IMG/VR virus record: IMGVR_UViG_3300031088_000734
Direction: 5' to 3' (one strand)
Length of the DNA: 64,000 bases
Source of the DNA: a virus
Both the position numbers and the translations under genes were made by a program. The notes beneath the pieces were generated by a model that did not search any database, was not told the origin of the DNA, and was given only the letters and a program-made list of their open reading frames with translations. Positions 18,855 to 27,064 of this stretch are shown here, piece by piece. How positions within the stretch are numbered: the first letter of the stretch is position 1; each line of letters starts with the position of its first letter.

Positions 18855-18883
18855 TAACAATTAAACATAATCGCCAAGGAGAT

Positions 18884-19234
18884 TTGATCATGGGTAATAA
18901 AAATAAACCACAACGTTTTGAAGGCTTTTGGTGGTCAGAACGTGAACCCCACTTCCCTAAACCTGTCAGCTCTGATGTCGAGTTTGAAGGCAAAGCTGCA
19001 GTGGTTGAAGCACTCGAAAAACTGGAAAAAAATATTTATACTCACAAAGACAGGGCTGGCACTTGTGTTTATTTCAAAGGGTGGTCTAACTGTCGCTGTT
19101 GTGGGGCAGAAAATGGCTCAGCGGAATTTTCTTACAAGAACTGGAAATGGCCTGATGGGTTGTCTCATTATGTCAAAGTGCATAATGTGAAACCATCCGA
19201 TGACTTCTTGAAAGATGTGTTACATATCAGTTAA
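18884..19234 (+). CDS. Hypothetical protein with CRCC and WKWPDGLSHY motifs
   Basis: AAGGAG RBS (ATG 18890); possible metal-binding Cys/His. Confidence 0.75.
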   Translation: MIMGNKNKPQRFEGFWWSEREPHFPKPVSSDVEFEGKAAVVEALEKLEKNIYTHKDRAGTCVYFKGWSNCRCCGAENGSAEFSYKNWKWPDGLSHYVKVHNVKPSDDFLKDVLHIS

Positions 19235-19305
19235 GTTGTATTCCTGCCATCCTTGATTGTCTGTTCTCAAAATGGTATAATATCTTATCATTTTGAGGAT
19301 AGATC

Positions 19306-20121
19306 ATGACCAAAAAATCGTATGAACTCATTGTAAATACTAACCGAGACATTAGCCAACTGTATAAAATGCTGGGAGCTTATATTACCAGCCATATTGA
19401 AAAGAAAAGCTCATGTGAAGGTGACTATCCTTTTGATACTGACGATATTATTGCTGGCTACGCAGAAGAGAACCGTGACAAATACCCAGATTATTTGTGG
19501 TGGAATGCTAACACTCAATTCAAAGGTCGAAACAATGAAGACCCTTACCTTTTGGCTTCTGGTAAAGGTTCTTTCTACGAAAAGAACTTTCCTGATATTA
19601 TCTTTTCAGTAGGCGATACTGATGAGTATGTTCGTTCTAAGATCAAAGCTGAAATCTTTAAAAGGTTTAATGCGATTGTTGACCCAGTTGATAATTCGAC
19701 ATTGATTGATGAAGTCAACGTATTGATTGACTCTGATGTCTTCACTGCTCGTTTTACAAAAGAATATTGCCATGCTGTTGTTGAAGACTATAACATGATG
19801 GAAAAATTATTTGCTGGTTATGTGTTTGATAAAGTTGAAGTCCCATCTGAAATCAGTAATAGATCTTCAATGGTGTTCTTTCTTGGAAAAGAACCAACCA
19901 AGGAAATTGTTGAGAACATGATTACTCGTATTCATCAATTCATTGACAACTATGAAGCTATTGTGGCTGAGACGAGTTCAGGCTTTAGATATTTTTTTGA
20001 ATCCGGCATTGATGAAGTCATCACTATTGATGCAGTCCTTACAGATCCTGCTAACTTTAAAGTAGTGTCTGTTGAATTAGTGGAACATGTTACAGAATCA
20101 ACCACTAAAAAACTTGTGTAA
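19306..20121 (+). CDS. Hypothetical protein
   Basis: 271 aa; GAGGA RBS; TGGTATAAT promoter upstream. Confidence 0.8.
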   Translation: MTKKSYELIVNTNRDISQLYKMLGAYITSHIEKKSSCEGDYPFDTDDIIAGYAEENRDKYPDYLWWNANTQFKGRNNEDPYLLASGKGSFYEKNFPDIIFSVGDTDEYVRSKIKAEIFKRFNAIVDPVDNSTLIDEVNVLIDSDVFTARFTKEYCHAVVEDYNMMEKLFAGYVFDKVEVPSEISNRSSMVFFLGKEPTKEIVENMITRIHQFIDNYEAIVAETSSGFRYFFESGIDEVITIDAVLTDPANFKVVSVELVEHVTESTTKKLV

Positions 20122-20337
20122 TATTTGTTACAAAAATAACCCAGCCTTGTGTTGGGTTTTCGATTGAATGTTCATTTTTTCGATGATATACTGTAATTCA
20201 TTTTGGAGAATTACATGTTTCATATGCAGGAAGCCAACAACATTGTTGAGTTACTTAGAGCTATTTAAGGTGACGGAGCAACAAGTCTTTTAAATAGACA
20301 AGTACATTTTTTTAACAATTAATAATAGGCGATTACC

Positions 20338-21357
20338 ATGACTTTCGAACGCGATCTTGATCAATTTTACACCAACAGTGACATCGCTCTTAAATGCTAT
20401 GACTTACTGCAAGGTGTACTGGCACAAAACAATATCAAACCCACAATATGGTTAGAACCCTCAGCCGGTTCTGGTGCGTTCTTTTCTATTGTCTCTGGTA
20501 GTAAGCTTGGTATTGATATTGATCCGAAAATTGATAAAGTCGTCAAGGCAGATTTTTTGGAATACCCTTTGAAAGACGAAGGTTATATCACCATTGGTAA
20601 TCCTCCATTTGGCAAGAATTCCAGTTTAGCCATCAAGTTTTTTAACAAATGTGCAGAAGTTTCCAAAGTCGTCGCCTTTATTGTGCCGAAGACCTTTAAG
20701 AAAGACAGTGTGCAAAAGAAGTTGAATAACCACATGCACCTTGCGTTTGAATGGGATGTGCCCAGCAACTCTTTTAACATTAAGAAAGAAATTGTGGATG
20801 TGCCTTGTGTCTTTCAAGTTTGGATTAAACAAGACATCGTTCGTCAAAGCACCAACAAAAGCTCGCTGGCGGAAGATTTCATCTTCACTAATAGAACCAC
20901 GGCTAACATCGCATTTCAACGAGTAGGGGTAAGAGCTGGCACCATTAAGGGCTGTGCGGCGTTCCCTGAAATTGCTGATGCCTCACATTTGTTTATCAAT
21001 ACCTTACAACCTGATGTTGTGAAAATTTTAAAAGTGATTGACTGGTCAGCTATTAAGTTTAATACGGCTGGTAACCCAAGTATTTCAAAGCGTGAATTGA
21101 TCAGCGAATACACTCGATACAAAGCGAGCCTTGTGGGTATTATTGATGACTATCTGTTGTTTAATTTCGACGGCGTTATCTCTATTGTGTTCTTGGTGAA
21201 TGGCAATGTGTTCAACATCAAAGTTGAAAACGATAACCTTGTGTTCCATGATGCTATTTTTAAAATTCAAGTCGGTAATGTTGACTTTAATTTGGTGAAA
21301 GCGGCTTATCTTGATTTCAAAAAAATGTTGAATGAAAACATCACTAAAAAAAGTTAA
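20338..21357 (+). CDS. SAM-dependent DNA methyltransferase (N6-adenine/N4-cytosine type), orphan
   Basis: Motif I WLEPSAGSGAF and motif IV IGNPPFG; no adjacent restriction nuclease. Confidence 0.8.
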   Translation: MTFERDLDQFYTNSDIALKCYDLLQGVLAQNNIKPTIWLEPSAGSGAFFSIVSGSKLGIDIDPKIDKVVKADFLEYPLKDEGYITIGNPPFGKNSSLAIKFFNKCAEVSKVVAFIVPKTFKKDSVQKKLNNHMHLAFEWDVPSNSFNIKKEIVDVPCVFQVWIKQDIVRQSTNKSSLAEDFIFTNRTTANIAFQRVGVRAGTIKGCAAFPEIADASHLFINTLQPDVVKILKVIDWSAIKFNTAGNPSISKRELISEYTRYKASLVGIIDDYLLFNFDGVISIVFLVNGNVFNIKVENDNLVFHDAIFKIQVGNVDFNLVKAAYLDFKKMLNENITKKS

Positions 21358-21375
21358 AATATTTGAAAAAAAAGG

Positions 21376-21420
21376 TTGCCTTACCGATAAAGTTTTGATA
21401 GAATATCTACATTGAATGAG
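21376..21420 (+). promoter_or_regulatory. Stable-RNA promoter with conserved leader
   Basis: A-tract, TTGCCT-17-TAGAAT, then CTACATTGAATGAG (also at 26124). Confidence 0.7.
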
Positions 21421-21450
21421 CAAAGCAACACGCTCTCAATGCCTTAAAAT

Positions 21451-21524
21451 GGCTGCTTGGCAGAATGGTCATGTACCGGATTGCAAATCCGAGTATGGGG
21501 GTTCGATTCCCTCAGCAGCCTCCA
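21451..21524 (+). tRNA. tRNA-Cys (anticodon GCA)
   Basis: GGCTGCT/AGCAGCC acceptor, CCGGA-ttGCAaa-TCCGA anticodon arm, GGTTCGATTCC T arm, encoded CCA. Confidence 0.93.
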
Positions 21525-21579
21525 ACTTTAAAACACAAAAAAAGACATCTTCTGATGTCTTTTTTATTGTCTTTATTTT

Positions 21580-22134
21580 TTAATCTTTTGTTGTTTCTTC
21601 TGTCTCGAATGGATCAATTGCCATTATTATTTTTTCATCGTTGCTTTTAAGAACATCAGTTTTGACTACATATTCTGGTTTATTCATTTCTTCATAAAGA
21701 TAGTAAGCCACATTTCCTGTTATTCCCATATATTTTTTCATGTCGTATTCGATAACATGTTTTGCATTAATAATGGCTTGATGATTTAGATCTGGGAATA
21801 GATCTTCTAATTTTCCTTTATAAACCATTTTATCGAACATGATTGCTTTCATATTTCTTAAATCATGAATAACCATAATCAGTATGACCAATGGGATACT
21901 TACTGCAGCATATCCAACCATTAAGTAATAGTACCAGTTTGGTATTATTGACAGTGGAGCAAATAACACCATCATCATGACCACCAAAGGAGCCATTAAA
22001 AAAAGAGTTAATTTAAATAATTTAGGATCTCTTTTTTTATCATATTCTGCTACATTTCTTTTGAAATATTCGAAATTTTTTATAAATTCTTTTTTTGCTA
22101 ATTTCTCTTTCATATTATTTATCCTTCCTTGCAA
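21580..22134 (-). CDS. 2-TM membrane protein, paralogue of 25490..26071
   Basis: KEFIKNFEYFKRN / FDKMVYKGKLEDLFP vs KEFLENFEFYKKN / FNKMIYKGLTSDLFP. Confidence 0.75.
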   Translation of the reverse strand: MQGRINNMKEKLAKKEFIKNFEYFKRNVAEYDKKRDPKLFKLTLFLMAPLVVMMMVLFAPLSIIPNWYYYLMVGYAAVSIPLVILIMVIHDLRNMKAIMFDKMVYKGKLEDLFPDLNHQAIINAKHVIEYDMKKYMGITGNVAYYLYEEMNKPEYVVKTDVLKSNDEKIIMAIDPFETEETTKD

Positions 22135-22259
22135 TTATCCTATTATCTTATAATAAAATGTCAAACGACTATTCATTCGAATACAATTTTGTTAAATAAA
22201 CTTGACATTATATATTTTTTTTGGATACAATACAGTCTCAACTTATCGGAGAATCAAAA

Positions 22260-22595
22260 ATGAAAAAAATGTCTATTTGTGCTACTATTAGTATGTTGCT
22301 TGCCTTTGTTATTGGTTCGCAAGCTATTGCTTCAGAAACGGTTGTTCAAAGCCAACATGTAACCTCTGTTATACCTCTTGTTGTTGAAGCCACTCCATTC
22401 ATGGATGTAAAACAGGTGATTTCTGATAGTCCATTGGTTGCACATACAGCCGAATATATTGCACATGTTCGTTGTCAAGATGAAGCTCGTGTAATGGTAT
22501 TTAAAGATAGTCACGGCGTATTGAAGTCGGTTCAATATACTGCCAGTAATATGAATGGTTGCACTGACGGTGATGGTGGGATTAATTATCTTTAA
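22260..22595 (+). CDS. Secreted hypothetical protein
   Basis: GGAG RBS; signal peptide ending QAIA-S. Confidence 0.7.
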   Translation: MKKMSICATISMLLAFVIGSQAIASETVVQSQHVTSVIPLVVEATPFMDVKQVISDSPLVAHTAEYIAHVRCQDEARVMVFKDSHGVLKSVQYTASNMNGCTDGDGGINYL

Positions 22596-22643
22596 CTAGA
22601 GTACAAGAAAAAAGGTTAGTAAACACTAACCTTTTTTATTTTT

Positions 22644-24476
22644 TTACTGTCTACATATCCTGTACATCTCTTCAGAAGAACCTACTTCATCTATTATGGC
22701 AGAACCTACATAAGTACTTCTTGTGTAAGTATAGCCTCCTGCACTTGCAGATGTTGCATTTGATCTTATTGTATAAACTGTAACTCCAGAAAATCTCCAT
22801 ACTTGGTTTCTAGTTGCACTGTTATATATTACACTATTTGATGTGCTATACGCTGGGCAAACAATACTACTTGTTGTGGTTACTGATACAGATTTTACTG
22901 GACTATATCTTGTCACTCCATTTAAAGATTTCTTAGCACTTGCATAATATGTCGTTGTTGTTACAGCAGATGATGCGGTTGAAGGCAAGTTTGATTCTGC
23001 AGTTCCTGCACTGTTCATTCCCTGTAACGTAGAGCCAGCACTATATCCAGATCCAGCAAACGTAATTGCAGTGGATTGCACAACCGATGTACTTGCAACT
23101 CCATTCACAGTAAACGTTGTAAATGTTGGATTGCTTTCAACAACAACAGTTTTAGTTGATTCAGTTTCAACATTGGCTTCATTTATAGCTATTACCGTGT
23201 AAACATATGTGCCTGCCGCTGTTGGTGTTATTGCTGTTGATGTCGAAACACCTAAATCAACATTATTCGTAGCAATACCTGAATTAGCATTATTTGATTT
23301 TATCTTATAGCTTGTAGCACCGCTTGATGAGAATGATAATGTGAATGGTGCATTTGCAAACACTGTAGATGGTGCTGTAATTGAAGGTGAAGTTGCAGGC
23401 TGTATCACATTGACTGTAATTTTTTCCTGTACACTCTTTCCAGCTCCGTTTTTGTTTACATATATATAATCTTTCGAACCTGTTGTTGGTGCTACTAATG
23501 TTTTGTTTTGACCAGTTACATTTAAATTATCTAGTAATTGTTCTTCGAAACCACTTCCGCTCCAATTGAAATCAAGATTGCTATTTGGCCCTACTTTAAT
23601 GGTAGTTGGCACACCGTTCACAGTAAATGAACTAATTATTGGCTCTGGGTATACTGTTATACTTTTCTTTTTATTAATTTTAGTTCCACTAAAACTTGTT
23701 GATTCTAATGTATAATCAAAAGTTCCAATTGTGTTTGTTACGATTTCTTTTGTGCCTGATGGTGAGTTTGCTGGTGAACCATCAAAAGTTAACAATTCAG
23801 ATCCTTCAACACTCCAATTGAAAATAGCGGTGTCACCAACAGTTAATTTTTCTTTGTCCACATTGAAAGAATTTATTAGGGAGTCAGGAACAACTTCAAT
23901 GGATAGTGATTTAGATTTATCAGATATTCCAGTATATCCTTTCGCAGTTAACGTATATGTTGTTGTGGTTTGCGGATAGACAGTTGTATTACTGTTAAAT
24001 GAGATTCCACCAATCCCGTTATCAATACTAGCAGAAGCAGCATCAATTATATTCCAATTTAATGTTGCAGATTGACCAAATCCAATTCTTTGAATATTAC
24101 TTGTAAACGTAATTTCTTGTTCAGGTTGAATAACATTCAATGTGAGTTTTTCTTGTTTAGTGTTTGAACCATTACTTATTGTAATTAGGTATTCTGTTGT
24201 TTCAATAGGAGAGACACCTGCAAGTCCTTTTTTTGAATTATAAGAACCAATATTTTCTATGTTAATTTTATTAGCATATTTATAATCCCAAATAATACTG
24301 GTTTCTTCGCCTCTTTTTATTGTTGAGTTTTTTAGTTTTATCTCTCCATTAACTTCGCTGTCTTTTATAATTATTTTGTTACCATCCAATGGAACGTAAA
24401 CATTATAGTCTGCAAAGCTATTGCCACTTAGTAAAGCAATTAATATTAGATATTTATTTTTATTCATTTTAGTCAT
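22644..24476 (-). CDS. Large secreted protein with tandem Ig/PKD-like repeats, [DEG]Y family (adhesin/fibre-like)
   Basis: Signal peptide SFA-DYNVYVPL; repeated I-x-S-F-x-V...L-x-W units (ATLNWNI, AIFNWSV, LDFNWSG) and TTTYTLTA strands. Confidence 0.75.
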   Translation of the reverse strand: MTKMNKNKYLILIALLSGNSFADYNVYVPLDGNKIIIKDSEVNGEIKLKNSTIKRGEETSIIWDYKYANKINIENIGSYNSKKGLAGVSPIETTEYLITISNGSNTKQEKLTLNVIQPEQEITFTSNIQRIGFGQSATLNWNIIDAASASIDNGIGGISFNSNTTVYPQTTTTYTLTAKGYTGISDKSKSLSIEVVPDSLINSFNVDKEKLTVGDTAIFNWSVEGSELLTFDGSPANSPSGTKEIVTNTIGTFDYTLESTSFSGTKINKKKSITVYPEPIISSFTVNGVPTTIKVGPNSNLDFNWSGSGFEEQLLDNLNVTGQNKTLVAPTTGSKDYIYVNKNGAGKSVQEKITVNVIQPATSPSITAPSTVFANAPFTLSFSSSGATSYKIKSNNANSGIATNNVDLGVSTSTAITPTAAGTYVYTVIAINEANVETESTKTVVVESNPTFTTFTVNGVASTSVVQSTAITFAGSGYSAGSTLQGMNSAGTAESNLPSTASSAVTTTTYYASAKKSLNGVTRYSPVKSVSVTTTSSIVCPAYSTSNSVIYNSATRNQVWRFSGVTVYTIRSNATSASAGGYTYTRSTYVGSAIIDEVGSSEEMYRICRQ

Positions 24477-24822
24477 CTATTATAGTTATTTATAAATATT
24501 ATTGTATAACATATTTAACACATAACAATATCTTTATTCTATTTTCTTCTTTTTTTTATTCATTCATTGAAAATTTACAGACTATATATTTGAATATATT
24601 TTTCTATATCGAATATTATTCATGAATTATTTTTATTATAAAATGCAGATTATAATGAAAACAACACATGATATGATTAAAGATTCTTTTTTTGTCACTC
24701 CCATTAATTTATTATAGAAATAATTAGAATATAGTGCGAAGAACATGAAAAAGTCAACTATTTTTCATAACCCGTCAAGAAAATTGAACAGGAATTAATT
24801 ATTAGTCATAATAATGTTAGCA

Positions 24823-24850
24823 CAAAGTATCAAAATATTTTGATACTTTG
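24823..24850. repeat. Perfect 28-bp palindrome
   Basis: CAAAGTATCAAAATATTTTGATACTTTG equals its own reverse complement. Confidence 0.9.
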
Positions 24851-24951
24851 AGTATGCTTGTATAAAAAATCTTGCAAAAAAAATAATTGCGAACACACAT
24901 GTTTTGTGTTAAAATCATGTGATTAAAAGATGTTTCATTTAGGAGAACGTT

Positions 24952-25101
24952 ATGCCTAAGATTTCTATTGAACAGATCCGATTAGCGAACCAAAAGCTTA
25001 TGGCGGGTGAAGGTGGTTCTGTTAAAAGTTATGCTTCCAAGCTTTCTAAAAATGACATCAATGAGATGTTAAAGAAAGCTTTCCACTCATTGCCACAATA
25101 A
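24952..25101 (+). CDS. 49-aa small protein (below ORF-track cut-off)
   Basis: AGGAG RBS; MPKISIEQIRLANQKLMAGEGGSVKSYASKLSKNDINEMLKKAFHSLPQ; TTGCGA-17-TAAAAT upstream. Confidence 0.65.
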   Translation: MPKISIEQIRLANQKLMAGEGGSVKSYASKLSKNDINEMLKKAFHSLPQ

Positions 25102-25113
25102 TTGGAGGTCATT

Positions 25114-25440
25114 ATGACCAAGAAAAAAGTATTTGAACCTATTTTTAATGCTGATGGTAATTTCGTAGTGCTTGGTTATGATCCATTTTATTGCCAAAGG
25201 GATAATCCAGCTCATCGTGCTATTCATGATGTTTTGTTTGATTCAGATGGTAATTTGAATGAAGCACTGGATGCTAATTATACTGATGATATTCAGGATC
25301 TCGAAGAGTTCGTTCAGGAATTATTTAAGAAAAATCCTTCAGTCTCTCCATTATGTGATGCGGTTCATTTGTATTTTGCTGAACTGGCATCCAGTGCGAC
25401 CAATCAGCAGTATTCAGTTGCCAGTATGTTCAAGCGTTAA
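25114..25440 (+). CDS. Hypothetical protein
   Basis: GGAGG RBS before ATG 25114; operon with 49-aa ORF. Confidence 0.7.
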   Translation: MTKKKVFEPIFNADGNFVVLGYDPFYCQRDNPAHRAIHDVLFDSDGNLNEALDANYTDDIQDLEEFVQELFKKNPSVSPLCDAVHLYFAELASSATNQQYSVASMFKR

Positions 25441-25489
25441 TATAGTTAACCAACTCAGTAAAAAAGACATCCTAGATGTCTTTTTTGTT

Positions 25490-26071
25490 TTAATCTACTT
25501 CTAAATCTTTTAAACCATGAACTCTACCAATTTCATCAATGGCTTGTTGTTGAATGGTAGGCTTAGGAGCGTTATTGATAAAGTCATTATCATTAATTCC
25601 CTGATAGATTGCGTAAGCAGTTTCTCCTTTAAGTCCACCTCTGTAATGAATATCGGCTCTTATCTGTTCTTTATAATAATTGATGACTGGGTGTTCGATA
25701 TTTGGGAAGAGATCAGACGTTAATCCTTTGTAAATCATTTTATTAAATTTTGTTATTTTTCTATTTAAAAAAGACTCAATGAATGATATAGTAAATGTGA
25801 AAAACAATCCAAAAACAAAAAATGTCCATAAATAGTTCATATAAATATTAGATTTTTCTTCATCTAATATTGTTGCTACTTTTGTTCCAAATCCTATTAA
25901 TGCGAATGAAAATATCATTAGTGTAACAAGTCCATACGATTTCATTTTATATCTGTATTCTGTAGGATTTTTTTTGTAAAACTCAAAATTTTCTAAAAAT
26001 TCTTTATTGATCATGATAAACTCCTTTATTCTTTTACATTTTATTAGTAAAAAAAAATTAATCAAATGCAA
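25490..26071 (-). CDS. 2-TM membrane protein, paralogue of 21580..22134
   Basis: See paralogue alignment; real start probably MINKEFLEN. Confidence 0.75.
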   Translation of the reverse strand: MHLINFFLLIKCKRIKEFIMINKEFLENFEFYKKNPTEYRYKMKSYGLVTLMIFSFALIGFGTKVATILDEEKSNIYMNYLWTFFVFGLFFTFTISFIESFLNRKITKFNKMIYKGLTSDLFPNIEHPVINYYKEQIRADIHYRGGLKGETAYAIYQGINDNDFINNAPKPTIQQQAIDEIGRVHGLKDLEVD

Positions 26072-26092
26072 AAAAAAACTGTTTGAAAGGTC

Positions 26093-26137
26093 TTGATTGC
26101 TTCGTTTCTTTTTGCTAGAATGGCTACATTGAATGAG
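26093..26137 (+). promoter_or_regulatory. Stable-RNA promoter with conserved leader
   Basis: TTGATT-17-TAGAAT, then CTACATTGAATGAG. Confidence 0.7.
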
Positions 26138-26169
26138 ACGACAGCTTCAAAGTCACTCAGGATTGTCAT

Positions 26170-26272
26170 GTGGATGTGTGAGCGTAATAGGAGAGTTGGC
26201 CCTCCGTCCTTGAATAAAGGTTACTCTACTGTTGTATTGGTAACGTAGGTTCAAATCCTACCATCTGCACCA
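26170..26272 (+). tRNA. Aberrant tRNA-like RNA (degenerate Ser-TGA-like), CCA retained
   Basis: GTGGATG/CATCTGC acceptor plus ACCA; GTAGG-TTCAAAT-CCTAC T arm; long variable arm TTAC/GTAA; anticodon arm poorly paired; about 11 extra nt before D-like hairpin GGAG-agttggcc-CTCC. Confidence 0.65.
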
Positions 26273-26313
26273 AATTGCTTGATTGTTGTGATGGATTGTG
26301 GTATAATCATCAC

Positions 26314-26555
26314 AGCAAACGAATTAGGAGCCTTCGTCAAAGAAGGTTGGATAGCAGCGGTGTCGCGGGCGAGCTATCACGAAAGGTGAGGAATACTCCC
26401 TTTCATAGTAACAAAGTCCATCGGGGTGTTTTCTGCCTTTGATTAAAACGCTTGGGTGAAGCGGTTCTTTGTTACGAACTTATTTGTCAATTAGCGAAGG
26501 AATTATAGTCCTAGTGGCTATGATTAAAACGGTTGGGTGAACTGGCCTTCGTTAA
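26314..26555 (+). ncRNA. Unassigned structured RNA, unit 1 (5' domain plus two tandem 3' domains)
   Basis: Promoter TTGATT-17-TATAAT (26279..26307); GATAGC-agcggtg..gggcga-GCTATC; two TGATTAAAACG-x-TTGGGTGAA three-way-junction domains at 26408..26475 and 26491..26555. Confidence 0.65.
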
Positions 26556-26605
26556 GACCAATTTTAAAGGTTGTTATTTACAGGCGTTTGATGTATAATA
26601 GCGAC

Positions 26606-26776
26606 ATGTTAAACGAATACGGAGCAGCAGTTAAATGTTGCTGAATGGTAGCGGTGGTCGGGCGAGCCATTGTTTGAAGGAGAGGTGATTTCTTAGTCCC
26701 TCTCTTAGCAACAAGGGAATTGAGATGTTGTTGGTCTTGATTAAAACGGTTGGGTGAACCGGCTCTTGTTGCAAAC
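26606..26776 (+). ncRNA. Unassigned structured RNA, unit 2 (5' domain plus one 3' domain)
   Basis: Promoter TTGTTA-17-TATAAT (26571..26599); AATGGT-agcggtg..gggcga-GCCATT; GCAACAAG/CTTGTTGC closing the TGATTAAAACGGTTGGGTGAACCG domain; terminator-like AGTTGTT-aaat-GACAGCT plus T run after. Confidence 0.65.
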
Positions 26777-26836
26777 CCTATTCCAAAGAGTTGTTAAATG
26801 ACAGCTTTTTTCTTTTTAGCAGTGATGGAGATTGTC

Positions 26837-27049
26837 ATGATTGAGAATAATGAATTTGCAAGTGATTATGCTACACAACTTGTATCTAATATGACGCTTG
26901 AACAACGCCAAATGGCATTTAAACATCTTGAAAGTTTTTTTGATGAAGTTACTATTTCAACAATGAAACATGATGCACAATACATTGGCGAAGAGCGAGC
27001 AGCGATGGATCGTTCTCTTGCGGAGCTGGATGCTAAACCTGCTGTTTGA
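26837..27049 (+). CDS. Small hypothetical protein
   Basis: ORF track 26798..27049; GGAG RBS before ATG 26837. Confidence 0.6.
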   Translation: MIENNEFASDYATQLVSNMTLEQRQMAFKHLESFFDEVTISTMKHDAQYIGEERAAMDRSLAELDAKPAV

Positions 27050-27064
27050 TGAAATACCTTTTTA

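Noticed and set aside
24823-24850. 28-bp palindrome as a Xer dif site or terminator
   Set aside because: dif has distinct XerC/XerD arms with a TTATGTTAAAT-like arm, absent here; no loop or T tail for a terminator.
26497-26512. GGAATTATAGTCC as group I intron S element (also ATAGTCC at 14155)
   Set aside because: No upstream R element (GACTA) in the right order and no interrupted gene or P4-P6 core.
26440-26761. Three TGATTAAAACG-x-TTGGGTGAA repeats as a CRISPR array
   Set aside because: Spacing is irregular (81 and 217 nt), intervening sequence base-pairs around the repeats and is partly conserved, and there are no cas genes; better explained as RNA domains.
27040-27060. TGATGAAA as a hammerhead ribozyme core (and CTGATTG at 14197)
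   Set aside because: Neither matches CUGANGA with stem II and GAAA in the required arrangement.
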